Source: a virus. From it: DNA of 64,000 nt. The stretch's first letter is position 1; every line of letters starts with the position of its first letter. Below the pieces are notes generated by a model, which worked only from the letters and a program-made list of their open reading frames with translations, searched no databases and was not told where the DNA came from. Location of the stretch: positions 1 to 64,000 of the IMG/VR virus record IMGVR_UViG_3300009159_000048, one strand, 5' to 3'. A program made the position numbers and the translations under genes. Of the stretch, positions 10,394-19,772 are shown one piece after another.

Positions 10394-11956
10394 TTATATA
10401 CTAAAAACAGCAACTGATATACCAACCGGGTCATTATTATCCCAGTCAGTAGTACCTCCATTAATCCTAGCTGAAGCGATTATTATTATCTCAATATATG
10501 TAGTAGTTTTGAGTTTAACCAAAGTTTGAAATTTATAGTCGTTAACATTACCATTATTGTTATCACAATTAACAAAACAAAAATAATTTGTATTAGGTAA
10601 AGCTGTTGGAAAAGTCAACCTAAATGTAAGACTTTGATCTGTCACAGCACTCAAGTATGTGTAGGTAACAACACCACCAAGATAATCGGATCCGGTTGTA
10701 TTAGCAACACCATATGCAGCATTAGCTGCATTTCGTTTTACTTCTGTATGAATTATATAAGTATTTTTTACAACAGTACCAACTCCAGTTGATAAACCAG
10801 AAACTAAATGAGCTCTTCCATTTAATACAGTTTTTCCATTCACATAAAAACCATTACCACCAATAAGTGGTAAGTCACTTCTACCACTCATATACATTCT
10901 AAATTCATATCCACCAGGAGCACCACCAATATTTATAACACCAGATGTTGAATGAGTATTAATATAGTGTGTATCTCTAACTTGATAAACTGAATAGGTA
11001 TCATAGTTCTGAAAAGTTAACCTAAGTGAAGATCCAGCAACTGAATTATAGATAGCAAAACTAACACCACCACCAGTAAATGGGAAAAACTCAAATTGTT
11101 TTGATCCACCTATCTGAACAGCACCAGAATTATATGCACCGTTAGTACCAAGTGGAACGGAGTTAAACCAACATCTATTTGCACCACCTGTTATTGCAAC
11201 ATTTGATCCAACAGTAAGAGATCCATCTACAGTTAATTTATTAGCGGGTGTTGTATATCCCAAACCAAGAGATCCATAAACATATAAATTACCAGAACTA
11301 GGGATAAATTGTAATCTACTAGATGATACTTTATTAGTACCACCAGAAACAGCTGAAAAGAAAGAAATATAATGTGTAGTAGCAGAAGCGGTATCATTAG
11401 TGACCGCAATATATGATGCGGTTCCAACACTTATCTGTGAAGTATTTTCCCATTGAGGGGAACTAGCTCCAGTTATTAAAACTTTACCAAGAGAATCATT
11501 TTGAATTCTTGCAATCGCTAATGCACCAGTTGCTACATTGGTAGCATTTAATTGTGTAATACTTCCACCAAATCCTATAAATCCAGTCACACCGTTTGAT
11601 TTTATATTACCATTGACATCTAATTTTTCAGATGCAAGTGTTTCATTTGCATACCCAATACCAACATAAGTACCATTATCAGTCATTAATGAATCACCTA
11701 ATCCAGTAGTAAGTGTAAATTTAGGTATTCTAGCTACTGTACCATTACCTGTAATGGCAACAGTGTTCTCACTTGAATAGGTAGTACCAGTCCAATAATA
11801 CGGCAATGTGTCATTTAAGTCCCAAATTCTCATACCGGCATATTTATAAGGAATCAAATCTCTATGTGTATAGAAACATGATGGACCAACTACAAATCTA
11901 TTATCGATTGGATTGGCCGTGTTTACTTGAAAATTATCTACTAATTGTATTGACAT
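10394..11956 (-). CDS. Tail fibre / virion structural protein
   Basis: G/T/S/N-rich; NGTYVGIG, EKLDVNGNI and GLGYTTPANKLTVDG fibre-like repeats. Confidence 0.65.
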   Translation of the reverse strand: MSIQLVDNFQVNTANPIDNRFVVGPSCFYTHRDLIPYKYAGMRIWDLNDTLPYYWTGTTYSSENTVAITGNGTVARIPKFTLTTGLGDSLMTDNGTYVGIGYANETLASEKLDVNGNIKSNGVTGFIGFGGSITQLNATNVATGALAIARIQNDSLGKVLITGASSPQWENTSQISVGTASYIAVTNDTASATTHYISFFSAVSGGTNKVSSSRLQFIPSSGNLYVYGSLGLGYTTPANKLTVDGSLTVGSNVAITGGANRCWFNSVPLGTNGAYNSGAVQIGGSKQFEFFPFTGGGVSFAIYNSVAGSSLRLTFQNYDTYSVYQVRDTHYINTHSTSGVINIGGAPGGYEFRMYMSGRSDLPLIGGNGFYVNGKTVLNGRAHLVSGLSTGVGTVVKNTYIIHTEVKRNAANAAYGVANTTGSDYLGGVVTYTYLSAVTDQSLTFRLTFPTALPNTNYFCFVNCDNNNGNVNDYKFQTLVKLKTTTYIEIIIIASARINGGTTDWDNNDPVGISVAVFSI

Positions 11957-11974
11957 AAACTATATATAAAATTT

Positions 11975-13477
11975 TTAGAACATGAATTGAAAATTTTGTG
12001 ATGGTGGTCCTATCTGAGGAACAGAACTCCATTTATAAACATAAAAGTCTTTACCAGCCCATAAACCAGTAGGTGATGATAATATAGAATAAGTTGCTGA
12101 GAAAGAAGCTGAGCAAGTATTTCCTAAACCATCATAAATATTTGATAAGGTTCCATAATCAAAATCATAAATAAAGTAATAGTTTCCGATTCCAGAAATA
12201 TCAATAAGTTTATCACTCTTAGGTTCAACTATTTTACTTAAATTAATAAGTTCTATTGATGTCATATTGTTAACTGAGCTAAATCCATAAAAGAATGGAT
12301 AAACTCCACTAATACTTGTAGTAGCACTATTGGACTGAGTACCATCAGAGACAGTAATTGTAAAATTAGTAGTACTGGCAGTAATTGGAGAAATTACTAT
12401 TCCATTAGATGTTGATGTAACACTTGTTGGTGTGTAACCAGCAACTGGTGGATAAATACCAGGTATCATATTTGATAATGATGTTGTTAATGTAGGATGA
12501 GTTCTCTTTTTAATAGTAAACTCAAGAGTTGGAGTAGGAAATGTACCAACTTCAACATAACCAGAATTATAAGGGGGTAAAAGTTTTATTAAACACAATG
12601 GAGGTAAGTAAGGATAAACAACTCTTCTAACCATATCAGATAAAGACTCAACGCTAAAAGTCTCTCCTATTAATACACCATTAACTTGTTGGGGTACTTT
12701 ACGAGAGTCTGAAAACTCAATTGGAAATCCATTTAAGTTTACTGGAGAACCATAAATATTTATTGATGATCCAGTTGTTCCGATATAACTCAACGAAGGA
12801 AGTAATACATCACCCCATTCTAATATACCATTTTGATAAAATAATGTTTTACTATTTGATGCGGACGCACTTGATTCCAAAATTGTTGGTAAACTAAATG
12901 TATTTATTTTAACATAATCATAATCACTTTGTAAAGTAATATCACCATTAACAGATACAAAGTCCAAAGACAATGATTGACTAAAACCAATTACAAGTTG
13001 TGAACGAAAATAAGGAGCAAATTCATAAAGAGCAGATGATGTACCAGCTAAAATAGAAACTTTTGTTGTGTCATTATCTACTGAATCAGTTTTAGTATTG
13101 TATAGAAAAATATCAACATCACTATTTAATAAAGAACTATTCATTATATCGTGTAGTTCAAAATAACTATATGTTCCAGAAAAAGCTCTTTTACCTAAAA
13201 ATATTTTTCTTTTCTGGTCTTTATTTGATGAATCTAAAGTATCAATACCAATATACTCAATATTTGATCCAGAAGCGGTTGTTTCTTTAAATGGAACACT
13301 TGAATATAAAGATAAAATTGTACTTCTTAAAGCATATGGTGATATTTGTTTATTATTATTGTCTTCTAAAGAATTTAAGATATCATTTATATAATCAGGA
13401 GACGGACCAGTTCCGCCCACAAGAGAGTAAGCCAAACTTTCAGTTGAGGTTCCGTTATTTATACTAAATGTTGCCAT
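11975..13477 (-). CDS. Virion structural protein (paralog of 13481-15094)
   Basis: S/T/G-rich; shares EYIGID, KIxLGKR, SILAG, SASN and NIYGSP blocks with its neighbour. Confidence 0.6.
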   Translation of the reverse strand: MATFSINNGTSTESLAYSLVGGTGPSPDYINDILNSLEDNNNKQISPYALRSTILSLYSSVPFKETTASGSNIEYIGIDTLDSSNKDQKRKIFLGKRAFSGTYSYFELHDIMNSSLLNSDVDIFLYNTKTDSVDNDTTKVSILAGTSSALYEFAPYFRSQLVIGFSQSLSLDFVSVNGDITLQSDYDYVKINTFSLPTILESSASASNSKTLFYQNGILEWGDVLLPSLSYIGTTGSSINIYGSPVNLNGFPIEFSDSRKVPQQVNGVLIGETFSVESLSDMVRRVVYPYLPPLCLIKLLPPYNSGYVEVGTFPTPTLEFTIKKRTHPTLTTSLSNMIPGIYPPVAGYTPTSVTSTSNGIVISPITASTTNFTITVSDGTQSNSATTSISGVYPFFYGFSSVNNMTSIELINLSKIVEPKSDKLIDISGIGNYYFIYDFDYGTLSNIYDGLGNTCSASFSATYSILSSPTGLWAGKDFYVYKWSSVPQIGPPSQNFQFMF

Positions 13478-13480
13478 ATA

Positions 13481-15094
13481 TTAAAAAATAAATTCAAATT
13501 GACCATTACCTGTATAACTACAAGTTGCCATAGTTCTGTAAATTCTATAAGTTGTATAAAAAGAAGACAACCCAGCGGTAGAGTAAGTAAATGCTGAAAA
13601 AGTAAGAGAACTCACATCATGTATTATAAATCCATTTCCATCTTTTATTAAAGATAATTCTGGATAACTATATGGATAAGCAAAATATAAATATCCACCA
13701 CCAACAGCAGGCATAACAACCGACTGAGAAGGTCCTGTATAAGGAAAAATAGTTCTACTGGATGTTTGACTAATATGTATATCTTGAATCATATTACTAT
13801 TAAAAACACTACCATAATCACCAAATAAAAGTAAAAACGGATGAACAAATTGTATAGAAGCAGTAGCACTATGTGAGAATCCTGTAGGATAACCAGATGC
13901 AGTAAAGACAGTAGGTACCCACTGGTCAGATGCTGAAAAAACATAATCAATTACACCTGATGCTAAACTCGAAGTAGTACCAGCAGCAGTTCCGCTAAAT
14001 CCATTACCTGGACTTGCTGAAAATGAAAATCCTCCAAATGGAGCAGAATATGTAGTACCAGATATAACAAAATCAGCAATATATTCATTATCATCTCTAG
14101 CATATGAAGTCAAATTATAAGTAACCACTACAGAAGGAGTTGTACCTACTTCTGCAAATGTCGTACCAGTAAAAGGATTCACAACACTAAGGCTTAAAAC
14201 GGGAGGCACATAGGGATAAAGTAATTTTCTCATAACCTCTACAATAGGCCAATTCTGGTAATTACCAGTTACTGATGTAGCGTCATAAGTAAAAGCCGAA
14301 AAAGAAGATCCTATTCCAATACCACCAACTGTTTGAGGTACCATTGCATCTTCAATAAATTCTAAAGAATATCCATTAACATTACTTGGACTACCATAGA
14401 TATTAGTAACTGCCGTTGGACTACCTATATTAGCAATTGTAACATTTGTATCATCCCATCTAAGATATCCATTTGGATAAGTTCCATAATATCTTAAAAT
14501 TCTACCATTAGAAGCAGAAGCAGCAGTTTCTGCAATTGTTGGAAATACAATACCATTAATAGCGACTCTACCTTGTTGAGAAACTATACTTATTGGTCCC
14601 TCAAATAAAGAAGGATTTCTTATCTCTAAATTTATACCTAATGATGATGTTCCAACAACAGATTCTATATAAGGAGCATATGTATGTAAATTTGAATTAG
14701 TACCAGCTAAAATTGAAATCTTGGTTGAACTTTGTGTGGCTGAGTCATCTTTAGTATTAAAGAAATAAATATCAGAACCTAAGGTACTAAGTAAAGTATT
14801 ATCTAAAATATCTAAATTACCAAAAGACCTCTTACCTAGAAGTATCTTTTTCTTGATATCTCTATCATCTGGATTACCAGAATCAATTCCTATATACTCA
14901 TTACTTGTTAATATACCGGGAGTTGTTATCTTAAATGCCGAATTAGCCCATGCTGATAAAAAAGCATCTCTCACATCTCTTGGTGATATTAACTTTTGTG
15001 TATTATCTGGTAATTCTTGAACAACAGAAAAAACATTCTGTTTTCTCACACTCTCGATAATTGTTCCTACGTTTATACTATAAGTAGCCGGCAT
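13481..15094 (-). CDS. Virion structural protein (paralog of 11975-13477)
   Basis: LPDNTQKLISPRDVRDAF motif; beta-rich composition. Confidence 0.6.
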   Translation of the reverse strand: MPATYSINVGTIIESVRKQNVFSVVQELPDNTQKLISPRDVRDAFLSAWANSAFKITTPGILTSNEYIGIDSGNPDDRDIKKKILLGKRSFGNLDILDNTLLSTLGSDIYFFNTKDDSATQSSTKISILAGTNSNLHTYAPYIESVVGTSSLGINLEIRNPSLFEGPISIVSQQGRVAINGIVFPTIAETAASASNGRILRYYGTYPNGYLRWDDTNVTIANIGSPTAVTNIYGSPSNVNGYSLEFIEDAMVPQTVGGIGIGSSFSAFTYDATSVTGNYQNWPIVEVMRKLLYPYVPPVLSLSVVNPFTGTTFAEVGTTPSVVVTYNLTSYARDDNEYIADFVISGTTYSAPFGGFSFSASPGNGFSGTAAGTTSSLASGVIDYVFSASDQWVPTVFTASGYPTGFSHSATASIQFVHPFLLLFGDYGSVFNSNMIQDIHISQTSSRTIFPYTGPSQSVVMPAVGGGYLYFAYPYSYPELSLIKDGNGFIIHDVSSLTFSAFTYSTAGLSSFYTTYRIYRTMATCSYTGNGQFEFIF

Positions 15095-15139
15095 TAATAT
15101 ATTCCTTTTTTGTATATATTAAAATATCCAACTACAAAT

Positions 15140-15170
15140 AAAAAAGTCTGATAATTAATTACCAGACTTT
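15140..15170 (-). terminator. Intrinsic terminator
   Basis: Minus strand AAAGTCTGGTAATTAATTATCAGACTTTTTT. Confidence 0.6.
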
Positions 15171-15253
15171 CTAAATATTTTTTCAATTGATTTTTTTCTT
15201 CTATTTACTCTTAGAATAGAATTATACCAGACTCTAAAATATGGTAAAGGCAT
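15155..15253 (-). CDS. Putative 32 aa peptide (not in the ORF track)
   Basis: MPLPYFRVWYNSILRVNRRKKSIEKIFRKSGN; starts 3 nt after the upstream stop; C-terminus matches the tag in ORF 52991-53191. Confidence 0.45.
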   Translation of the reverse strand: MPLPYFRVWYNSILRVNRRKKSIEKIFRKSGN

Positions 15254-15256
15254 AAT

Positions 15257-15658
15257 TTAATTAAATAAAAAATCTATTCTTAATAAATCTTTTACTTTTG
15301 CTGTTGATAAATTCAAGTCATCAAAGTTAACCCTATCGTGATTAATAGTGATATCAATATCCATCAACTCACTCATTTCTTTTGTGAAACCATCAGGATT
15401 ATTCAAATTTACAGCTCCTTGTATAATATTATTATCTTTGTCTTTAGCAACAGTAGGATTACCATCCTCATCTTTTTCTGTATATTTTTCTAAAATTCTT
15501 TTTTCAGCCTTTAATTTATCCTCAACAATAGAAGAGATTTCTTTTAAAATTCTAGTAAGCCTAAAAGCAGAACCCGCATTTATATCCATTTCAATTAACT
15601 GATTAAGAGCTTCAATAGTTTCAGCGTTTAATTGTGAATTTTTTATTATTATAGACAT
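15257..15658 (-). CDS. Hypothetical phage protein
   Basis: 133 aa; ILEKYTEKDEDG pattern. Confidence 0.65.
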   Translation of the reverse strand: MSIIIKNSQLNAETIEALNQLIEMDINAGSAFRLTRILKEISSIVEDKLKAEKRILEKYTEKDEDGNPTVAKDKDNNIIQGAVNLNNPDGFTKEMSELMDIDITINHDRVNFDDLNLSTAKVKDLLRIDFLFN

Positions 15659-15680
15659 AGTTTTTGTTTTATTTTTTATA

Positions 15681-16388
15681 TTATAAATTATTTAATAGGT
15701 TTAATCTTTTATCAATAATGTCAAAATAATTTTTATCCTTTTCGATTAAAATAAAATTTCTATTAAGATTAACACAAGCATGGCCGGTTGTACCAGTACC
15801 AGCAAAACAATCCAAAACAATATCTCCTTCATTACTGTGTTTTTTTATTAAATCAGAAATTAAACTTAAAGGTTTTTGTGTTGGATGTGAATATCTTTCT
15901 TTACCATGACATATTGGATAACTATAATAACCATTATCATATTCAGAGTTAAAAGTTGGTTTTTTTCCCTTTACGAATGTAAAGAAGTACTCAGCAGCAT
16001 TAGATAAATAATTGATTTTAGAATTAACAGGAACAGGATTTGTTTTCATCCAACAACAAACTCTGTGTTGATTGAACTTATATTTATCAGCACATTCTTT
16101 AAGTTCAGTAGATTTCCAAACATCATAAAAAATTACTAAAGTTCCACTGTTTTTTAATACTCTTTTAAATTGTAAAAATAAATTTTCCCAATCAATTTCT
16201 TTTTTATCCCAATCACCAAAATCTATCGAGATATTATATTTAGTCTTTAATTCATCAGGTGTGTTTAAAGAATGTTTTTTAAAATTAGAAGACTTTGATA
16301 TGTTATAAGGAGGGTCAATAATAATAAGACTTACTGAATTATCGTCTACTTTAAGAATTTCTTCATAACAATCACCAAAAATAATCAT
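15681..16388 (-). CDS. N6-A/N4-C DNA methyltransferase (beta class)
   Basis: DPPY, HPTQKP and LDCFAGTGTT motifs. Confidence 0.9.
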   Translation of the reverse strand: MIIFGDCYEEILKVDDNSVSLIIIDPPYNISKSSNFKKHSLNTPDELKTKYNISIDFGDWDKKEIDWENLFLQFKRVLKNSGTLVIFYDVWKSTELKECADKYKFNQHRVCCWMKTNPVPVNSKINYLSNAAEYFFTFVKGKKPTFNSEYDNGYYSYPICHGKERYSHPTQKPLSLISDLIKKHSNEGDIVLDCFAGTGTTGHACVNLNRNFILIEKDKNYFDIIDKRLNLLNNL

Positions 16389-16450
16389 AATTTATATATT
16401 AGACGACATGAGGCTTCTATAAAAAAATATATAAAATAAAAATATACTAT

Positions 16451-17215
16451 ATGAGTATATCAGGATTCTTAAAAGGAATTTTAAACTTACAAAAGAAAGT
16501 AGATTTGAAATTACTACCTTCACAAGGTTTATTTTATAAAGATGATTTTCAACTTTACATAAAGAAGGTAGATTTAACAGATATAATCGAATACGAATAT
16601 AAATATGTAAAAGAAGATTTAGGATTAATCATATCCAAAGTAAAAAAAATTGTTGAGAAAAGTATAATTATAAAAAATGATTATACATTTGATGATATAA
16701 AAAGCGTTGATATTATTTTTTTATTCTTAGAAATAGTTAGATTCTCAAAAGGTAAACCAATAGAAATAGATTATATAGATTCAGGAATAGATAAGAAAAT
16801 TGAATTTAACCCAATATTTTTTAATTACTACAAAATTGATGAATCTACAATGAATCATTATGATGAGGTAAACAAAGAATTTTTTATTGATGATTATAAA
16901 TATTCATTACCAACTATCGGAGTTGAGAACTCACTTACTAACTTTTTAATACACAAGTCAAAATCAATAGACTCAGCATCATACAATAACTATTCATATG
17001 ACTTTACATTTTTTGTTAACGGTAAAAATGTACTATCGTTTTCGGAAATTGAAAATCTAATACAAATATTTAACTTTGATTTAGAAGAAGATGAGAAATT
17101 GAAAATTAAAAAAATAGTAAATAAATTCCAACCTTTACAAAAATACTCACTTATCAAAAATGGAAAATTTATTGATATAAATTCTAAAATAGATTTAGAA
17201 AATATTTGGAAATAA
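16451..17215 (+). CDS. Baseplate hub assembly (T4 gp26/gp51-like) protein, tentative
   Basis: LPSQGLFY start and DIIFLFLEIVRFSKG motif. Confidence 0.45.
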   Translation: MSISGFLKGILNLQKKVDLKLLPSQGLFYKDDFQLYIKKVDLTDIIEYEYKYVKEDLGLIISKVKKIVEKSIIIKNDYTFDDIKSVDIIFLFLEIVRFSKGKPIEIDYIDSGIDKKIEFNPIFFNYYKIDESTMNHYDEVNKEFFIDDYKYSLPTIGVENSLTNFLIHKSKSIDSASYNNYSYDFTFFVNGKNVLSFSEIENLIQIFNFDLEEDEKLKIKKIVNKFQPLQKYSLIKNGKFIDINSKIDLENIWK

Positions 17216-17238
17216 AAAAACCCACTAATAGTGGGTTT
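17214..17238. terminator. Bidirectional intrinsic terminator
   Basis: AAACCCACTA-A-TAGTGGGTTT. Confidence 0.7.
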
Positions 17239-17242
17239 AATT

Positions 17243-18697
17243 TTAGTTAAGTTTAATAGCATTAATCTCATTGTAAAGAGCCTTCTTGTCTAACTCCATC
17301 ATCTTCATTATATCAAAGACTTTGTCGCTGAAGCCAGCTAAAGCAAAGACGTTTTGTTCTGGAAATTGAAGTGTAGAATATCCAGCCAAATCCCAAGAAT
17401 AAACATAAGGATTAGCTCCAAACTTACTCTTATAAGACTTAAACTCAGAAGCTGGTGAAGTATAACCAACCCAACCTTGCATATCAGAAAGGATTATAAT
17501 TCGGTCGTACTTTTTGTTAGCCTTTTGGAAAATAGAACGGAAGTTTGTACCACCACCAGAATATCTGAATGAGTTTCTAATAGTCATAACAGAATCCATT
17601 GGATTATAAGACTTATAATCAGCATTGGTAGCAAATGTCATAACATCACAGCTATTAGCCTTTGCAACAATAGATCCAAATAATGAATCTATTTCAGAAG
17701 GTCTACCACTCATAGAACCAGAAACGTCCATAACAAGTAATGTTTCACCATCAAATTTAGGAACATTCTGGACCGAAACTTCAAGTGCTCCATTAATAGC
17801 AACAAGAACGTCACGAACTTCTTTAGAAGAACCAATTTTGTTGATTTCTTCATAAGCGGTCGCAAAACGGAATGGTAAAACTCTAGATGATTTAATCATC
17901 TTTTCATCTACCAACATTTCACAAGCCGCCTTTACAGAAGAAGGTGATTGATTAATAATATTTCTTAGATTTCTAAGAAGTGCAAAATAACCAATCTTTC
18001 TTGTTGAAATAAGTTCAGACCAAGCATCTGACTTCAACTGAGCCAAATCTTGTTCGGAATCGGATTGTTGACCTACAGCAGATAACTTAGATTCCCAAGT
18101 ATCTGTTGATTTCAACTCACCTTTTATAAGAAGTTCAAGAGCTTCTTTATTTCTTTGAGTTGGAACAGGATGAACGATGTTAACAATGTCAACCAACTTA
18201 ACTTCTTTATTCTCTCCTTTATATTTGGACAATTGATATCCATCAAATTTATCAAAAGCTTTAGCAAATCCTTTCTTTAAGGAGTTTGGAAACTTTGGAT
18301 TTTCTTTATCGGTTTTATAAGCCAAATAGTAAGAAAGAATCTCAGTCATATCATCAACACGAACAACTACTTTGTTGTAAAAATCTTTACCCCACTCAGC
18401 TCCATTCAATTGTGAAGTTAATTCAGCAGCAAGTGCATGTGTCACAGAACGCATTCCGAATTTGTCTCTTGCAAAAATAGCAGATTTAGCAATAAATTCC
18501 TTGTCTTTAATCTTTTCTGATAATTTTTTCAAATCACTCAATGTTGTTTGAGCATTTTTGTAGAATTGGTCATTAACAAAAGAAGTTAGCAATAAAGATA
18601 CAAGAGCCAATTCATTTGACTGTGAATAAGCTTGACCACCGGCTAAGTTTTCGGTAAGTGTTTTTTGCTTTGGTAATGTTGTGTTAAATTTTGACAT
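17243..18697 (-). CDS. rsr: Ro60/TROVE-domain RNA-binding protein with C-terminal vWA domain
   Basis: NLAGGQAY, ARDKFGMRS, YQLSKY, TWE, ALLRNLRN and LPFRF TROVE motifs; vWA MIDAS DVSGSM, GGT and ILSDMQ. Confidence 0.92.
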   Translation of the reverse strand: MSKFNTTLPKQKTLTENLAGGQAYSQSNELALVSLLLTSFVNDQFYKNAQTTLSDLKKLSEKIKDKEFIAKSAIFARDKFGMRSVTHALAAELTSQLNGAEWGKDFYNKVVVRVDDMTEILSYYLAYKTDKENPKFPNSLKKGFAKAFDKFDGYQLSKYKGENKEVKLVDIVNIVHPVPTQRNKEALELLIKGELKSTDTWESKLSAVGQQSDSEQDLAQLKSDAWSELISTRKIGYFALLRNLRNIINQSPSSVKAACEMLVDEKMIKSSRVLPFRFATAYEEINKIGSSKEVRDVLVAINGALEVSVQNVPKFDGETLLVMDVSGSMSGRPSEIDSLFGSIVAKANSCDVMTFATNADYKSYNPMDSVMTIRNSFRYSGGGTNFRSIFQKANKKYDRIIILSDMQGWVGYTSPASEFKSYKSKFGANPYVYSWDLAGYSTLQFPEQNVFALAGFSDKVFDIMKMMELDKKALYNEINAIKLN

Positions 18698-18746
18698 AAC
18701 TTTTATTTATTTTTATTAATTTTATTTTTGTTCTTAAACTTTTTAT

Positions 18747-18789
18747 AAAAAAAAAGACCAGACTAACATCTCTGTTAAATCTGGTCTTT
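18747..18789 (-). terminator. Intrinsic terminator between the ncRNA cassette and the Ro60 gene
   Basis: Minus strand AAAGACCAGATTTAACA-GAGA-TGTTAGTCTGGTCTTTTTTTTT. Confidence 0.75.
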
Positions 18790-18799
18790 ATATAATGTT

Positions 18800-19020
18800 G
18801 CAAACAAGATAATTTAGCCTGAGCGTTACAAAGAATTCTCCCAAAAACTTTGCCGATAGTTAGTGACCATCTCACTTGACCCTTACGTGGTATCTTTCGG
18901 ACTTTTTCACCTCAGTCCATCTTTCAGGATCTTTTCGGTAGTCTTAGCTGTCGCCATAGACACTCTTCATCATAGTTGTAAATTTAAGTACGAAGTATCT
19001 CAAACTATCGCTATGTTTGC
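18800..19020 (-). ncRNA. Putative long Y-RNA-like ncRNA (~221 nt)
   Basis: Ends pair (GCAAACA/UGUUUGC, UAGUUUGAG/CUCAGGCUA, UUACAA/UUGUAA) around several internal hairpins; GC-richer than its surroundings; adjacent to Ro60. Confidence 0.6.
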
Positions 19021-19039
19021 TTAATAAACTATATATTGA

Positions 19040-19102
19040 CCAGAGTAAACTGATAAAGAGTGTTTTTTCAATCCGCGAAGTAACTCTCTATCTCACTACT
19101 GG
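19040..19102 (-). ncRNA. Putative short Y-RNA-like ncRNA (~63 nt core)
   Basis: CCAG-U-AGUGA-GAUAGAGAGU-[21 nt loop]-ACUCUUUAUC-AGU-UUACU-CUGG: a helix with a 1-nt 5' bulge and a 3-nt 3' bulge. Confidence 0.6.
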
Positions 19103-19122
19103 AGTAGTTTCTTTTATTAGTA

Positions 19123-19134
19123 TGTTAAAGAACG
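19123..19134 (-). promoter_or_regulatory. boxA-like antitermination element
   Basis: Minus strand CGTTCTTTAACA versus rrn boxA TGCTCTTTAACA, 20 nt 5' of the first ncRNA. Confidence 0.45.
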
Positions 19135-19265
19135 TTTTACTTTTAGTTGACAAAATTAAAAAGTTTAATCAACGTTGACAAAATTTTTAATTTTTTTTCT
19201 TAAAAGTAGATTATATATCAACCCTCAAAATTTCGATTTTTTCGAGGGTGGATTTTTTATAGCAC

Positions 19266-19292
19266 AAAAAAAGGAGAAAGTTTTTTCTCCTT
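19266..19292 (-). terminator. Intrinsic terminator
   Basis: Minus strand AAGGAGAAA-AAAC-TTTCTCCTTTTTTT after ORF 19311-19700. Confidence 0.6.
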
Positions 19293-19310
19293 AAATATTT
19301 TATTTTAATT

Positions 19311-19700
19311 TTATTCAAAATTCTTTAATATAGAATCTAAAAGAGGACTATCAAATTGACTATCAATATAAGCCATTTCAATTAAACCACCTCTATAATC
19401 ATCCACCTCATTAAAAAGGTTAATCAAAGCAGGTGAAGCATTACCAGCATATTCATCATCTAAAGAAGCTCCTGTTTTTGATTTGAATTCATCTTTTGAT
19501 GAATAGATATCAAATTTTTTATTACCGGCTCTTCTTTCATATATCTCACCATTATTCATTAATAAGATAAGGTTTGTATCAGAAAGTAAATCAGTTAAAA
19601 AAACATTAATTCTAACTCCATTATTTAAGAATTCATTTATTTCGTTTTCATTGATTTCTTCGTCTTCAATTGATTCATTGAATTTTCTCAAGTGTTTCAT
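19311..19700 (-). CDS. Hypothetical protein with capsid-targeting-like leader
   Basis: MKHLRKFNES leader; TAATATATA upstream. Confidence 0.65.
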   Translation of the reverse strand: MKHLRKFNESIEDEEINENEINEFLNNGVRINVFLTDLLSDTNLILLMNNGEIYERRAGNKKFDIYSSKDEFKSKTGASLDDEYAGNASPALINLFNEVDDYRGGLIEMAYIDSQFDSPLLDSILKNFE

Positions 19701-19732
19701 ATTTATAATTGTTTTTTATAAGAGTATATATT

Positions 19733-19767
19733 AAAAAAAAAGAGAGACTTTTCAGTCTCTCTTTTTT
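19733..19767. terminator. Intrinsic terminator after nrdA
   Basis: AAAAGAGAGAC-TTTTCA-GTCTCTCTTTT. Confidence 0.7.
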
Positions 19768-19772
19768 AATGA

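Noticed and set aside
18684-18875. 63 aa ORF upstream of Ro60
   Set aside because: It has a GTG start, runs through the structured RNA and the terminator, and has no protein-like features.
18860-18980. Hammerhead ribozyme or tRNA within the long ncRNA (CUGA and GAAA words present)
   Set aside because: I could not assemble a CUGANGA...GAAA...UH core with three stems, nor a cloverleaf with a TTC T-loop.
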